This document shows, one piece after another, positions 17,010 to 26,530 of a DNA stretch of 32,000 bases. The notes beneath the pieces were generated by a model. That model worked only from the letters and a program-made list of their open reading frames with translations, was not told where the DNA came from and did not search any database. This DNA is from an archaeon (GTDB taxonomy: Archaea > Iainarchaeota > Iainarchaeia > Iainarchaeales > JANQMZ01), in the NCBI GenBank assembly GCA_028279805.1, contig JANQMZ010000007.1, forward strand, positions 570,001-602,000. The letters are read 5' to 3'. Position 1 is the first letter of the stretch, and each line of letters opens with the position of its first letter. The position numbers were made by a program, and so were the translations under genes.

Positions 17010-18638
17010 ATGACAGAAGAATTTACAAAGGAAGAAAAAACGCTTTTAGAGCCTTATTTTACCAATCTGGACAAAAATGTTTTTGTGTTAAAAAATTTGC
17101 CGCAGGTTGTTTGCGGAACATTGTTTTCCCGTTATTCCAGGTCAGACAAGCCTTTACGCAGGCTGTTATTGGATGACTTTATGAACAAGCCTGAATTTGA
17201 ATTTAAAAAAATTGCAGGAATTAAAAAAAATGTAAAAGAAGAATTAATTGCGGTTAAAAAAGCAGAAGAATTTTATGACCGGGTTTTAGTTGATTTCGGG
17301 GATGACAGCGTGGCAGAACTGGGAGGCGCGCATGTAGGAATTGAAAATGTTTCACAAATCGGGGCCAAAATTTTGGAAGATTCGAGAATTGGGTTAAGCC
17401 CGTTGGAAAAATCAACACGATACATTTATTTTGAAAAAAAAGTAAACGGAGAATACAAATATTTAAGAGAAAAAACCATAATGAAATCAGAATTCAGGGA
17501 AGAATACGTTGAATTATGTGATTTTTTATTTCAAACATATGAGGAATTAAAACCGGCAATGCGTGACTTCATAAAGGAAAAATTTCCACAAGAAGAAGTT
17601 TCGGACCGGGCCTACAAGTCAACAGTTAAAGCAAAAGTTTGTGACATTATAAGAGTTTTTTTACCGGCTTCAACATTAACAAATCTGGGATTATACGGGA
17701 ACGGAAGAGCGTTTGAATACTTGCTGCAAAAAATGTATTCACATCCTTTGAAGGAAATGCATGACATTGGAGATGAAATGGCTGAAGAGTTAAGAAAAGT
17801 TATTCCGAGCTTTGTTAAAAGAGCAACAGAAGATGATGCTCTCGGCAAAAAAAATATTGATTTTTTTAAAAACAGGGACAATGAGTTGAAAAACTTTTCA
17901 GAAAAATTTTTTGAAAAGGAAACGCCGGAACCGGTCGGCAGCCCCGGTGTTGAATTAATCGAATATGATGACAAAGCAGAGGAAAAAGTAATCGCTGGGC
18001 TGTTGTATCCTTTTACAAATTTATCAGAAAAACAAATCAGGGAAAAAGTCAAAAAAATGAATTCTGATGAAAGAAAGGATGTTGTTAAAAAATGCCTTGG
18101 AAAAAAAACAAACAGAAGGCATAAAGCGGGGCGTGGATTCGAAAACGCTTATTACAAATTTGATTTAATAGGAAATTACGGAATTTACAGGGATTTGCAC
18201 AGGCACAGAATGTTAACACAGGAAAGACAATTGTTGACCACAAAACACGGGTATGACGCACCTGTAGAAATTATCAAAGCAGGATTTGAAAAACAATTGG
18301 GCGAAGCAATGGAAAAAGCGGATTCATTGTTCAGAAAAATGGCTAAAAAAATGCCATTGGAAGCACAATATGTTGTTCCATTCGGTTACAGGATAAGATG
18401 GTATAATTATCTCAATTTGCGTGAATTGTATCATTTAACAGAATTAAGGGCGACTCAGGCAGGGCACCCGGATTACAGAAAAATAGCACAGCAAATGTAT
18501 TTAAAAGTAAAAGAAGTGCATCCGGCTCTTGTTGAATATGCAGATGTTGATTTAAAAAACTATGATTTTGAAAGAATTGAATCAGAAAAAGGAATTGACA
18601 AAAAATTAGAGGAAATTGAAAAAAAATACGGAAAGTAG
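17010..18638 (+). CDS. Tandem-domain ThyX-like protein (FAD-dependent thymidylate synthase-related)
   Basis: 542 aa. First copy FGDDSVAELGGAHVGIENVSQIGAKILEDSRIGLSPLEKSTRY; second copy FENAYYKFDLIGNYGIYRDLHRHRMLTQERQLLTTKHG. Confidence 0.75.
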   Translation: MTEEFTKEEKTLLEPYFTNLDKNVFVLKNLPQVVCGTLFSRYSRSDKPLRRLLLDDFMNKPEFEFKKIAGIKKNVKEELIAVKKAEEFYDRVLVDFGDDSVAELGGAHVGIENVSQIGAKILEDSRIGLSPLEKSTRYIYFEKKVNGEYKYLREKTIMKSEFREEYVELCDFLFQTYEELKPAMRDFIKEKFPQEEVSDRAYKSTVKAKVCDIIRVFLPASTLTNLGLYGNGRAFEYLLQKMYSHPLKEMHDIGDEMAEELRKVIPSFVKRATEDDALGKKNIDFFKNRDNELKNFSEKFFEKETPEPVGSPGVELIEYDDKAEEKVIAGLLYPFTNLSEKQIREKVKKMNSDERKDVVKKCLGKKTNRRHKAGRGFENAYYKFDLIGNYGIYRDLHRHRMLTQERQLLTTKHGYDAPVEIIKAGFEKQLGEAMEKADSLFRKMAKKMPLEAQYVVPFGYRIRWYNYLNLRELYHLTELRATQAGHPDYRKIAQQMYLKVKEVHPALVEYADVDLKNYDFERIESEKGIDKKLEEIEKKYGK

Positions 18639-19897
18639 TGAATATGGTCAATTCAAATCTTGAAGGGTTTTATAAAAAAAATTTTAACGCAAGGCAAAAA
18701 GAAATAATAAAAAAAGCGGGATTGTCATCAAAAGAAGCAAAAATGCTTAAAAATTCAGGTTCACTTGACTCCGGTTTGCTGGACAAAATGATTGAAAACA
18801 CTATCGGAATTTTTGAACTGCCCTTAGGAATTGCAAACTATTTCAAAATTAATGGCAAAGATTATTTGATTCCAATGGCAATAGAAGAATCAAGCGTTGT
18901 TGCAGCTGCATCCAACGGAGCAAGGATGGCGCGTGAAACAGGAGGATTTAAAACAAAAAGTTCAAAGCCTTTAATGATTGGGCAGATTCAGTTGGTCAAT
19001 GTTAAAAATGCGGCGAAAACAAAAAAATTGATTCAAAAAAATTCAGGAAAACTTTTAAAACTTGCAAATTTACAGGACAAAACTTTGGTAAAATTTGGAG
19101 GAGGAGCAAAAAAAATTGAAATAAGAAACATTGGGGCAAAAATGCTGGTTGTGCATTTGATTGTTGATGTCAGAGATGCAATGGGGGCGAATGCAATAAA
19201 CACAATGTGCGAGGTTTTGGCACCGGAAATTGAAAAGCTTACAGGAGAAAAAACACGGTTAAGAATTATAAGCAATCTGGCGGTTCACAGACTTGCCGAA
19301 GCAAAAGCAAAATGGAAACAAAAAACACTGGGAAAAGATGTTATAAAAGGAATAATTGAAGCTTACAATTTTGCAAAAAATGATCCTTTTCGTGCGACAA
19401 CTCATAACAAGGGAATAATGAATGGAGTGGCAGCATTAACAATTGCAACCGGAAACGATTTCAGGGCAATTGAGGCCGGGGCCCATGCTTTTGCTTCCCT
19501 GAAAGGAAAATATAAACCTTTAACAAAATTTTACAAAGACAAAAAAGGCGACTTAATCGGAGAAATTGTTTTGCCTGTACAGTTTGGCCTGGTCGGAGGC
19601 ACGACAAAAATTCATCCAAAAGCACAACTATGCTTAAAAATTTTAAAAGTAAAAAACGCTCAAGAGTTGGGGGAAGTAGCGGCGGCCTTGGGGTTGGCCC
19701 AGAATTTTGCCGCATTAAGAGCATTGGCTTCTGAAGGAATTCAAAAAGGCCATATGAAACTGCATGCCAAAAATATTGCAATGATGGCAGGAGCAAAAAA
19801 TAAGGAAATTGAAAAAGTGTCCAAAAAACTCGTTAATAGTGGACAAATTAGCTTTGATATGGCAAAAAGAATATTAAAGGAATTGAGAGGGAAGTAA
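18638..19897 (+). CDS. Hydroxymethylglutaryl-CoA reductase, class II-like; ATG at 18644 is an alternative start
   Basis: LPLGIANYFKINGKDYLIPMAIEESSVVAAASNGARMAR, VDVRDAMGANAINTMCE, THNKGIMNGVAALTIATGNDFRAIEAGAHAFA. Confidence 0.93.
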   Translation: MNMVNSNLEGFYKKNFNARQKEIIKKAGLSSKEAKMLKNSGSLDSGLLDKMIENTIGIFELPLGIANYFKINGKDYLIPMAIEESSVVAAASNGARMARETGGFKTKSSKPLMIGQIQLVNVKNAAKTKKLIQKNSGKLLKLANLQDKTLVKFGGGAKKIEIRNIGAKMLVVHLIVDVRDAMGANAINTMCEVLAPEIEKLTGEKTRLRIISNLAVHRLAEAKAKWKQKTLGKDVIKGIIEAYNFAKNDPFRATTHNKGIMNGVAALTIATGNDFRAIEAGAHAFASLKGKYKPLTKFYKDKKGDLIGEIVLPVQFGLVGGTTKIHPKAQLCLKILKVKNAQELGEVAAALGLAQNFAALRALASEGIQKGHMKLHAKNIAMMAGAKNKEIEKVSKKLVNSGQISFDMAKRILKELRGK

Positions 19898-19913
19898 TTA
19901 TCTGGTGAAAAAA

Positions 19914-20960
19914 ATGAACGCAGGGATAGTAGCTTACGGCTCTTATGTTCCAAAGTTAAGGATTACTCCTGAAGAAATTGGCAGAGTCTGGGGCAAAGAC
20001 GGAAAAAAAGTTGGCCAAAGTCTTGGCGTAAAAGAAAAAGCAGTTGCAGCTTTTGATGAGGATACCGCAACAATAAGTGTTGAAGCTGCAAGAAATGCAA
20101 TTAATGATTTTGGAATTGATGCAAAAAAAATTGGCGCTGTTTACGTTGGTTCAGAATCACATCCTTACGCAGTAAAACCAACATCCTCAATTGTAGCAGA
20201 AGCAATTGAAACAGGAAACGATTATACAGCCGCAGACTTAGAATTTGCATGCAAAGCGGGAACGGCAGGAATGCAGGCATGTGCAGGAATGGTTAATTCC
20301 AACATGATTGAATATGGTTTAGCAATCGGCTCAGATACAGCCCAGGGAAAACCAAATGATGCACTTGAATTTACAGCCGGATCAGGCGGAACAGCTTTTA
20401 TTATTGGAAAAAAACCAAAAGAAATCATAGCAAAAATCAATCACACTTGTTCTTTTACAAGTGACACACCTGACTTCTGGAGAAGACAGCATGCAGAATT
20501 TCCGGAGCATGGTGGCAGATTTACTGGTGAACCAGCTTATTTCAGGCACGTGCATAGTGCTGCAAAAATGTGCATGGATAAAATGAAAAGAAAACCAAAA
20601 GATTACAAGTATGCGGTATTCCACCAGCCCAACGGAAAGTTCCCATTAAAAGTCGGAAAAATGCTGGGCTTTACAGACAAACAATTAGAACAAGGATTAA
20701 TGACCCCGTTAATTGGAAACACTTATTCCGGTTCAACTCCGATTGGTCTGGCTTCAATTCTGGATGTTGCAAAACCCGGTGATAAAATTTTAGCAGTGAG
20801 TTATGGTTCTGGTGCGGGTTCAGATGCTTTTGATTTAACTGTTACAAAAAACATTACAAAAAAAAGAGCAAAAGTTTCTGTCAGAAAATTAATTGAAAAC
20901 AAAGAATATGTTGATTATGCGATTTATGCAAAGAACAGAAAAAAACTGAAAACGTTGTGA
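19914..20960 (+). CDS. Hydroxymethylglutaryl-CoA synthase, archaeal type; start moved from GTG 19905 to ATG 19914, with GGTGA as the ribosome-binding site
   Basis: AGIVAYGSYVPKLRITPEEIGRVWGKDG, LEFACKAGTAGMQACAGMV, YAVFHQPNGKFP, GNTYSGSTPIGLASILD. Confidence 0.93.
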   Translation: MNAGIVAYGSYVPKLRITPEEIGRVWGKDGKKVGQSLGVKEKAVAAFDEDTATISVEAARNAINDFGIDAKKIGAVYVGSESHPYAVKPTSSIVAEAIETGNDYTAADLEFACKAGTAGMQACAGMVNSNMIEYGLAIGSDTAQGKPNDALEFTAGSGGTAFIIGKKPKEIIAKINHTCSFTSDTPDFWRRQHAEFPEHGGRFTGEPAYFRHVHSAAKMCMDKMKRKPKDYKYAVFHQPNGKFPLKVGKMLGFTDKQLEQGLMTPLIGNTYSGSTPIGLASILDVAKPGDKILAVSYGSGAGSDAFDLTVTKNITKKRAKVSVRKLIENKEYVDYAIYAKNRKKLKTL

Positions 20961-20964
20961 TATT

Positions 20965-22125
20965 ATGAGGAATGTAGTTATTGTTGGAGCTGGCTTGACA
21001 AAATTTGGAGAACAGTGGAAAAAAAGTTTCAGGGAAATGATAACAGAAGCAGCTGTCAGCGCAATACTGGATTCAAAACTGGAAGGAAAGGATATTGAGG
21101 CCATTTACACAGGAACAATGGCAACAGGAAAATTTATCGGGCAGGAACATATTGGAGCATTAATTTCTGACAGGTTAGGCTTGAATCCCATTCCAAGCAC
21201 AAGACTGGAAGCAGCATGTGCTTCTGGCTCAGTTGCATTAAAACAGGGTTATTTAAGCATTAAATCAGGAGAACATGATATTGTTGCTGTCGGCGGAGTA
21301 GAAAAAATGACAGAGGTAGGAGTTCATCATGCTTCAAGTGCTTTGGGAGGGGCAGGAGACCAGGAAACAGAATTGTTTCATGGAGCAACATTCCCTGCAT
21401 TATATGCTTTGCTGGCCCGGGCTCATATGAAAAAATTTGGCACAACAGAAAAACATTTGGCTCAAGTTGCAGTTAAAAATCATGAAAACGGGGTTGACAA
21501 TCCTTTTGCACAGTTCAGAAACAGGATAACAATTGAACACGTTTTAAATTCAAGCAATGTTTCATCACCATTAAAATTACTGGATTGTTCTCCTTTGACT
21601 GATGGCGCGGCCGGATTAATTTTAATGGAAAAACAAAAAGCTTTGGATCTGGGACTAGATGCTGTTGAAATTGTTTCAATGGCACAAGCATCGGACTCAC
21701 TGGCATTAACCGGAAGAAAAAGTTTAACAGAATTAAATGCAACAAAGCAGGCTGGAAAGCTTGCCTATAAAAAAGCAGGCATTACCGCAAAAGATATTGA
21801 TATTGCTGAGGTGCATGACTGTTTTACTATTGCTGAAATTCTGGCAATAGAAGATTTGGATTTTGTAAAAAAAGGTTCCGGGGGGAACGCAACAATGAGC
21901 GGATTTACAGCAAAAAATGGCTCATTACCAATTAATACTTCCGGCGGCCTGAAGGCAAAAGGGCATCCGGTTGGGGCAACAGGTGTCGCACAGGCAGTTG
22001 AAATAAGCCAGCAATTATTAGGAAAAGCTGATAAAAGACAGGTTAAAGGATTGGAATATGGCTTGACTCACAACGTTGGCGGTTCTGGGGCTACGTGTGT
22101 TGTGGGAATTTACAGGAGGGCGTAA
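20965..22125 (+). CDS. Acetyl-CoA C-acetyltransferase (archaeal thiolase)
   Basis: TRLEAACASGSVALKQG active-site Cys region, EVHDCFTIAEILA, KGHPVGATGVAQ, GLTHNVGGSGATCVVGIYRR. Confidence 0.93.
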   Translation: MRNVVIVGAGLTKFGEQWKKSFREMITEAAVSAILDSKLEGKDIEAIYTGTMATGKFIGQEHIGALISDRLGLNPIPSTRLEAACASGSVALKQGYLSIKSGEHDIVAVGGVEKMTEVGVHHASSALGGAGDQETELFHGATFPALYALLARAHMKKFGTTEKHLAQVAVKNHENGVDNPFAQFRNRITIEHVLNSSNVSSPLKLLDCSPLTDGAAGLILMEKQKALDLGLDAVEIVSMAQASDSLALTGRKSLTELNATKQAGKLAYKKAGITAKDIDIAEVHDCFTIAEILAIEDLDFVKKGSGGNATMSGFTAKNGSLPINTSGGLKAKGHPVGATGVAQAVEISQQLLGKADKRQVKGLEYGLTHNVGGSGATCVVGIYRRA

Positions 22126-22126
22126 A

Positions 22127-22528
22127 ATGGTTGAAGGTTCACCGTCATTAGGCTGGAGAAATTATTCACAAAGATATAATTTGGCAGGAAATGAATGCAA
22201 AACATGCGGCAAACATTTTTTTCCGGCAGTTGCATTGTGTCCAACTTGCAGGAGAAAAGGAAAACTGGTTGAAACAAAAATGCCAATGGAAGGCCGCTTA
22301 TTATCATACTCAAAAGTTTTTGTCGGACCGGTCGGGTTTGAAATGGATGCCCCTTATCATCTGGGCTTGGTTAAACTGCAAAACAATGTTAAAATTTTGG
22401 CTGAAATTGTTGACACGCCTGAAAACAAAATAAAAATCGGTTCAAAAGTCAGAAAAGTTTTCAGAAAAATTCATTCCGAAGGAGAAACCGGAACAATTTC
22501 TTACGGCTACAAATTCAGAGTTGTATAG
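22127..22528 (+). CDS. DUF35/OB-fold zinc-ribbon protein (acyl-CoA-associated scaffold); start moved from 22076 to ATG 22127
   Basis: CKTCGKHFFPAVALCPTCRRKG zinc ribbon followed by an OB-fold-like region. Immediately follows the thiolase and HMG-CoA synthase genes, the usual archaeal order. AGGAGG precedes the new start. Confidence 0.9.
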   Translation: MVEGSPSLGWRNYSQRYNLAGNECKTCGKHFFPAVALCPTCRRKGKLVETKMPMEGRLLSYSKVFVGPVGFEMDAPYHLGLVKLQNNVKILAEIVDTPENKIKIGSKVRKVFRKIHSEGETGTISYGYKFRVV

Positions 22529-22536
22529 GTGTTCAA

Positions 22537-23229
22537 TTGAAAGCACTTTTTACTGATATTGACGGAACGCTTTCAAAAGGAAGTCCTTCAATAGACTTTT
22601 TGAAAAAACTTTACCATGAAGGAATTTTTCACGACGCTCATTTTAAACAGCATTTAAAACAAATTGAAGATTATGACAACGGAAAAATTGAATATGTTGC
22701 CTGGGTTGAAATGAATGTCAAAAACTGGGCAAAAGGAATAAAAGGGGCAAATGCTCAAGCTGTTCAAAAATCCGCAGAAGAATATTTTGAAACAAATGTT
22801 AAAAAAAGAATTTTTACTGATTCAAAAAAAACAATTGACTTATGGAAACAAAAAGGATATGTTTGTGTAGGAATTTCATCAGGATTATGGGAATTAATTT
22901 CACAGGTTAAAGATTTTCTCGGACTGGATTATGCTTTTGGAAGTCAGGCTGAAATTAAAGACGGAACTTATACGGGCAAAATGAGTTCAGATATGCATGT
23001 TGGCGGGGGAAAAGAAAGAATTATTTTGGATTTTGTAAAAAAACATGAAATTGATTTGCAAAAAAGTGCTGGTTTTGGGGATACAATGCATGACATTGAA
23101 ATATTTGAACTTGTTGAAAACGTTTTAGTTGTAAATCCGGATGAGGAATTAAAGGATTTGTGTTTGCTGAATAACTGGGTTATTGCGGATGAAAAGAATT
23201 TGTTTGAAAAAAGCAAAGAATTGCTTTAA
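22537..23229 (+). CDS. HAD-superfamily phosphatase (phosphoserine phosphatase-like subclass)
   Basis: FTDIDGTLSKG motif I, VGISSGLWELI motif II, GFGDTMHDIEIFELV motif IV. TTG start preceded by GGTG. Confidence 0.82.
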   Translation: MKALFTDIDGTLSKGSPSIDFLKKLYHEGIFHDAHFKQHLKQIEDYDNGKIEYVAWVEMNVKNWAKGIKGANAQAVQKSAEEYFETNVKKRIFTDSKKTIDLWKQKGYVCVGISSGLWELISQVKDFLGLDYAFGSQAEIKDGTYTGKMSSDMHVGGGKERIILDFVKKHEIDLQKSAGFGDTMHDIEIFELVENVLVVNPDEELKDLCLLNNWVIADEKNLFEKSKELL

Positions 23230-23268
23230 AAACAAAAAAATTTAAAGGAAAAATGGTTTGTTTTTAAC

Positions 23269-24363
23269 ATGGCTTGGATGAATTACCTAAGTGTTTTGCT
23301 TTTTTGGATGCTTTTAACCCTTTTATTAATGCATACCGGCGGGCTTCTTTTATGGCTGGCTTGGGCTTTTACAACATTTGTAATGCTGGGGTTATTAATA
23401 AAAAAACAAACAAGTTCAAATCTTGGAAAAAAGGGTGATTCAATGAATTCAGGTTTTGGAAAAACAATTTTATTCGGAGAACATTTTGTTGTTTATGGAA
23501 TTCCGGCAATAGCTTCACAGATTGACAGAAAAACAACAGCAGCAATTGAAGAATATGATGACGGGGTTGTTGTAAGCACGCTAGGATTGGAAAAAAATTC
23601 ATTAGACAATGAAAAACTTAAAGGATTGAAAGAATCTTTAAATATTATTTTAAAAGAGCTTGAACTGGAAGACAAATCTTTTCATTTAAAAATTGATTCA
23701 GATATTGAAGTCGGATCAGGAATGGGCTCATCCGCTGCACTGGCAGTGGGAACAGTAAGAGCCTTAAATGAAAAATATTCCTTAGGCTTAAATGATGAAA
23801 AAATTAACAAAGTTGCACATGAATCTGAAAAGCATTTTCACGGAACTCCTTCAGGAATTGATGACACAGTTGCAACCTTCGGAGGATTAGTCTGGTTTCA
23901 AAAAAACCTTGAAGGCGGGCCAAACACAATTGAACAATTTTCATTAAAACAGCCTTTAAAAATTGTAATTGGCTGCACCGGAAAAAAAGGAAATACAGGA
24001 GAATTGGTTGCAGGAGTCAGGGAAAAAAAAGAAGCAAACCCGGAAGAATATGAAAAAATATTCAAAGAAGCAGAAGAATTGGTGAAAAATGCAAAAAAAG
24101 CATTGCAGGATGGCAACAATGAGGAAATAGGAAAATTAATGAATCAAAACCATGATTTGCTTGTAAAAATAGGCGTTTCAACAGATGAATTGGAAGAATT
24201 GTGTTCAACCGCTTTGGAAAAAGGAGCAAAAGGCGCAAAACTAACAGGAGCAGGAGGCGGAGGATGTATGATTGCATTAACTCCCACTGACGAAATTCAG
24301 AATAATGTTGCAAAAGCCTTTGAATCCAAAAACTATAAAGCAATTAAAACAAGCATTGGATAG
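23269..24363 (+). CDS. mvk: Mevalonate kinase (GHMP family), with either a 58-aa hydrophobic N-terminal extension or an internal start at ATG 23443
   Basis: GKTILFGEHFVVYGIPAIA, VGSGMGSSAALAVGTVRALN, GTPSGIDDTVATFGG, KLTGAGGGGCMIAL. GGTGAT at 23434-23439 precedes ATG 23443. Confidence 0.88.
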   Translation: MAWMNYLSVLLFWMLLTLLLMHTGGLLLWLAWAFTTFVMLGLLIKKQTSSNLGKKGDSMNSGFGKTILFGEHFVVYGIPAIASQIDRKTTAAIEEYDDGVVVSTLGLEKNSLDNEKLKGLKESLNIILKELELEDKSFHLKIDSDIEVGSGMGSSAALAVGTVRALNEKYSLGLNDEKINKVAHESEKHFHGTPSGIDDTVATFGGLVWFQKNLEGGPNTIEQFSLKQPLKIVIGCTGKKGNTGELVAGVREKKEANPEEYEKIFKEAEELVKNAKKALQDGNNEEIGKLMNQNHDLLVKIGVSTDELEELCSTALEKGAKGAKLTGAGGGGCMIALTPTDEIQNNVAKAFESKNYKAIKTSIG

Positions 24364-24375
24364 CTGGTGAAAAAA

Positions 24376-25371
24376 ATGAAAAAAACAGCTAAAGCCAATT
24401 CCAATATTGCACTGGTCAAATACTGGGGTAAAAGAAATGAACAAATAATTTTACCAACCAATTCAAACATTTCAATGACATTATCGGGATTCAACACAAC
24501 AACAACAGTTGAATTTTCATCAGATTACAAACAAGACCAAGTTGAACTAAATGAACAAAACTTAAGTGAAGGAAGGGAACTGGAACAAATTGTAAAACAT
24601 TTGGATTTAATCAGAAGACAGGCCGGAATGGAAGAAAAAGCAAAAGTCGTTTCCAAAAACAATTTTCCAACAGCAGCAGGTTTAGCTTCATCTGCATCAG
24701 GGTTTGCGGCATTAAGCCTGGCTGCAAGCAAAGCAGCAGGATTAAACTTGGATAAAAAAGAATTAAGCATTTTGGCAAGACAAGGATCAGGTTCAGCTTC
24801 AAGGTCAGTTGAAGGGGGCTTTGTAGAATGGTTGAAAGGCAGCAAAGAAGACGGTTCAGACTCTTTTGGAAATCAAATTGCCCCGCCGGAACACTGGCCG
24901 GAATTCAGAATGATTACAACAATTGTGGCAACGGAGGAAAAAAAAATTAAAAGCAGGGCAGGAATGAAACAGACTATGAAAACAAGCCCTTACTATAAAG
25001 GCTGGCTTGATACTGTTGAAGAAGATTTTAATGTTGTTAGAAAAGGAATTCTGGATAAAAATTTTTCAGTTGTTGGAAAAACAGCCCAAAAAAATGCGTT
25101 AAAAATGCATGCAACAATGCAGACAACTTTACCCCCAATAATTTACTGGAATCCTGCAACAATGAGAATACTGCATTCGGTTATTGAGTGGCACGAATCC
25201 GGAATGGATTGTTTTTTTACAATTGACGCGGGTCCAAATGTAAAAGTTTTGTGTTTGGAAAAAGATGTTGAAGAATTGAAAAAAAGGATTGAAGCTTTGG
25301 ACGGAGTAAAAGAAGCAATTGTTTGCGAGCCAGGTGAAGAAGCAAAAACAATTGAAAAACATTTGTTTTAA
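24376..25371 (+). CDS. mvaD: Diphosphomevalonate decarboxylase, classical type; start moved from GTG 24367 to ATG 24376
   Basis: ANSNIALVKYWGKRNEQIILPTNSNISMTL, NNFPTAAGLASSASGFAALSLA, GSGSASRSVEGGFVEW, FTIDAGPNVKVLC. Confidence 0.95.
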   Translation: MKKTAKANSNIALVKYWGKRNEQIILPTNSNISMTLSGFNTTTTVEFSSDYKQDQVELNEQNLSEGRELEQIVKHLDLIRRQAGMEEKAKVVSKNNFPTAAGLASSASGFAALSLAASKAAGLNLDKKELSILARQGSGSASRSVEGGFVEWLKGSKEDGSDSFGNQIAPPEHWPEFRMITTIVATEEKKIKSRAGMKQTMKTSPYYKGWLDTVEEDFNVVRKGILDKNFSVVGKTAQKNALKMHATMQTTLPPIIYWNPATMRILHSVIEWHESGMDCFFTIDAGPNVKVLCLEKDVEELKKRIEALDGVKEAIVCEPGEEAKTIEKHLF

Positions 25372-25386
25372 ATTTTAGGTGTTATT

Positions 25387-26487
25387 ATGAGAATTTCTGC
25401 TCCCGGAAAACTAATGCTAAGCGGGGAGTGGAGTGTTTTAGAGTTGGGAGTGCCATGCATTGTTTTGGCTGTTGACAAGAAAGTTTTTGTTGACATTGAA
25501 GAAAATGATTCAATTATCATCAATGCAAAAGATCTGGATATTGAAGGAGTTAAAGCAAATTTTGATGAAAAAGAAAAAAAATTTGAATTTGTTGATGCAA
25601 CAGAATTACAAAAAAAAAGGCTTGTTTTTGTAAAAAATGCGATTGATTTAACGCTCAGATATTTGTCCGAAAAAAATGTTTCTTTGAAGAATTTTGAACT
25701 GTCAACAAATTCGGAAAGCACGATAATTAAAGGGCAAAAAGTCGGATTTGGCTCTTCCGCTGCTGTAACTGTTGCAACAGTGGGAGCAGTATTAAAATTT
25801 CATGGGCAGGAGCTTGAAAAAGAAACAATTTACAAATTGGGCTGTGCTGCCCATTATTTCGGGCAGGGAAAAGTTGGTTCAGCTTTTGACGTTGCAGCAT
25901 CAACTTATGGCAGGGCATTAGTGTATAAAAGATTTGATTCTGAATGGCTGGCAAAAGAATTGGATTCAAATTCAATTGTAAAAGTAATTGAAACAGGATG
26001 GAAAGATTTTGAAGCAATTCCTATAGAATTGCCTGAAAATTTTCAACTGGCTGTTGGTTTTTCAGGCAAAAAAGCTTCAACAAAAGAACTCGTTTTAAAA
26101 ATGAAAGAATTTAAACAAAAAAAAACAGGTGAATACCAGAACATTATCAAGCAAATTGAAGAAACGACCAAAAGACTGATTTTTGCCTTAAAACAAAATG
26201 ATAAAAATGCTGTTACAAGCCTGATTAAAAACAACAGGACCTTGTTAAAAGAATTTGGCGAAAAATCCGGAATGAATCTGGAAACAAAAGAATTAACTGA
26301 ATTAATTGAAACAGGAAATAAGGCGGGAGGAGCCTCAAAATTTTCAGGAGCAGGAGGAGGCGACTCTGTCATAAGTGTTTGTTTTAATTCAGAAACAAAA
26401 GAAAAAATTGAAAAAGAATGGAAACAAAAAGGTTTTGCTCCAATAAAGATAGGCATGGAACAAGAGGGGATTATACATAACAGATGA
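25387..26487 (+). CDS. mvaK2: Phosphomevalonate kinase (MvaK2/ERG8-like GHMP kinase)
   Basis: MRISAPGKLMLSGEWSVLELGVPCIVLAVD, GQKVGFGSSAAVTVATVGAVLKFHG, AAHYFGQGKVGSAFDVAASTYG, SKFSGAGGGDSVISVCF. Confidence 0.88.
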   Translation: MRISAPGKLMLSGEWSVLELGVPCIVLAVDKKVFVDIEENDSIIINAKDLDIEGVKANFDEKEKKFEFVDATELQKKRLVFVKNAIDLTLRYLSEKNVSLKNFELSTNSESTIIKGQKVGFGSSAAVTVATVGAVLKFHGQELEKETIYKLGCAAHYFGQGKVGSAFDVAASTYGRALVYKRFDSEWLAKELDSNSIVKVIETGWKDFEAIPIELPENFQLAVGFSGKKASTKELVLKMKEFKQKKTGEYQNIIKQIEETTKRLIFALKQNDKNAVTSLIKNNRTLLKEFGEKSGMNLETKELTELIETGNKAGGASKFSGAGGGDSVISVCFNSETKEKIEKEWKQKGFAPIKIGMEQEGIIHNR

Positions 26488-26530
26488 GTTTGTAAACCTG
26501 CACAGGGATAAGCACAAATCAAAACAACAA

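Noticed and set aside
17612-18052. 146-aa minus-strand ORF
   Set aside because: Antisense to the conserved ThyX-like gene; composition consistent with a shadow frame.
26043-26522. 159-aa minus-strand ORF, with 25727..26017 and 25368..25721 beside it
   Set aside because: All are shadows of the phosphomevalonate kinase gene, with no recognisable motif.
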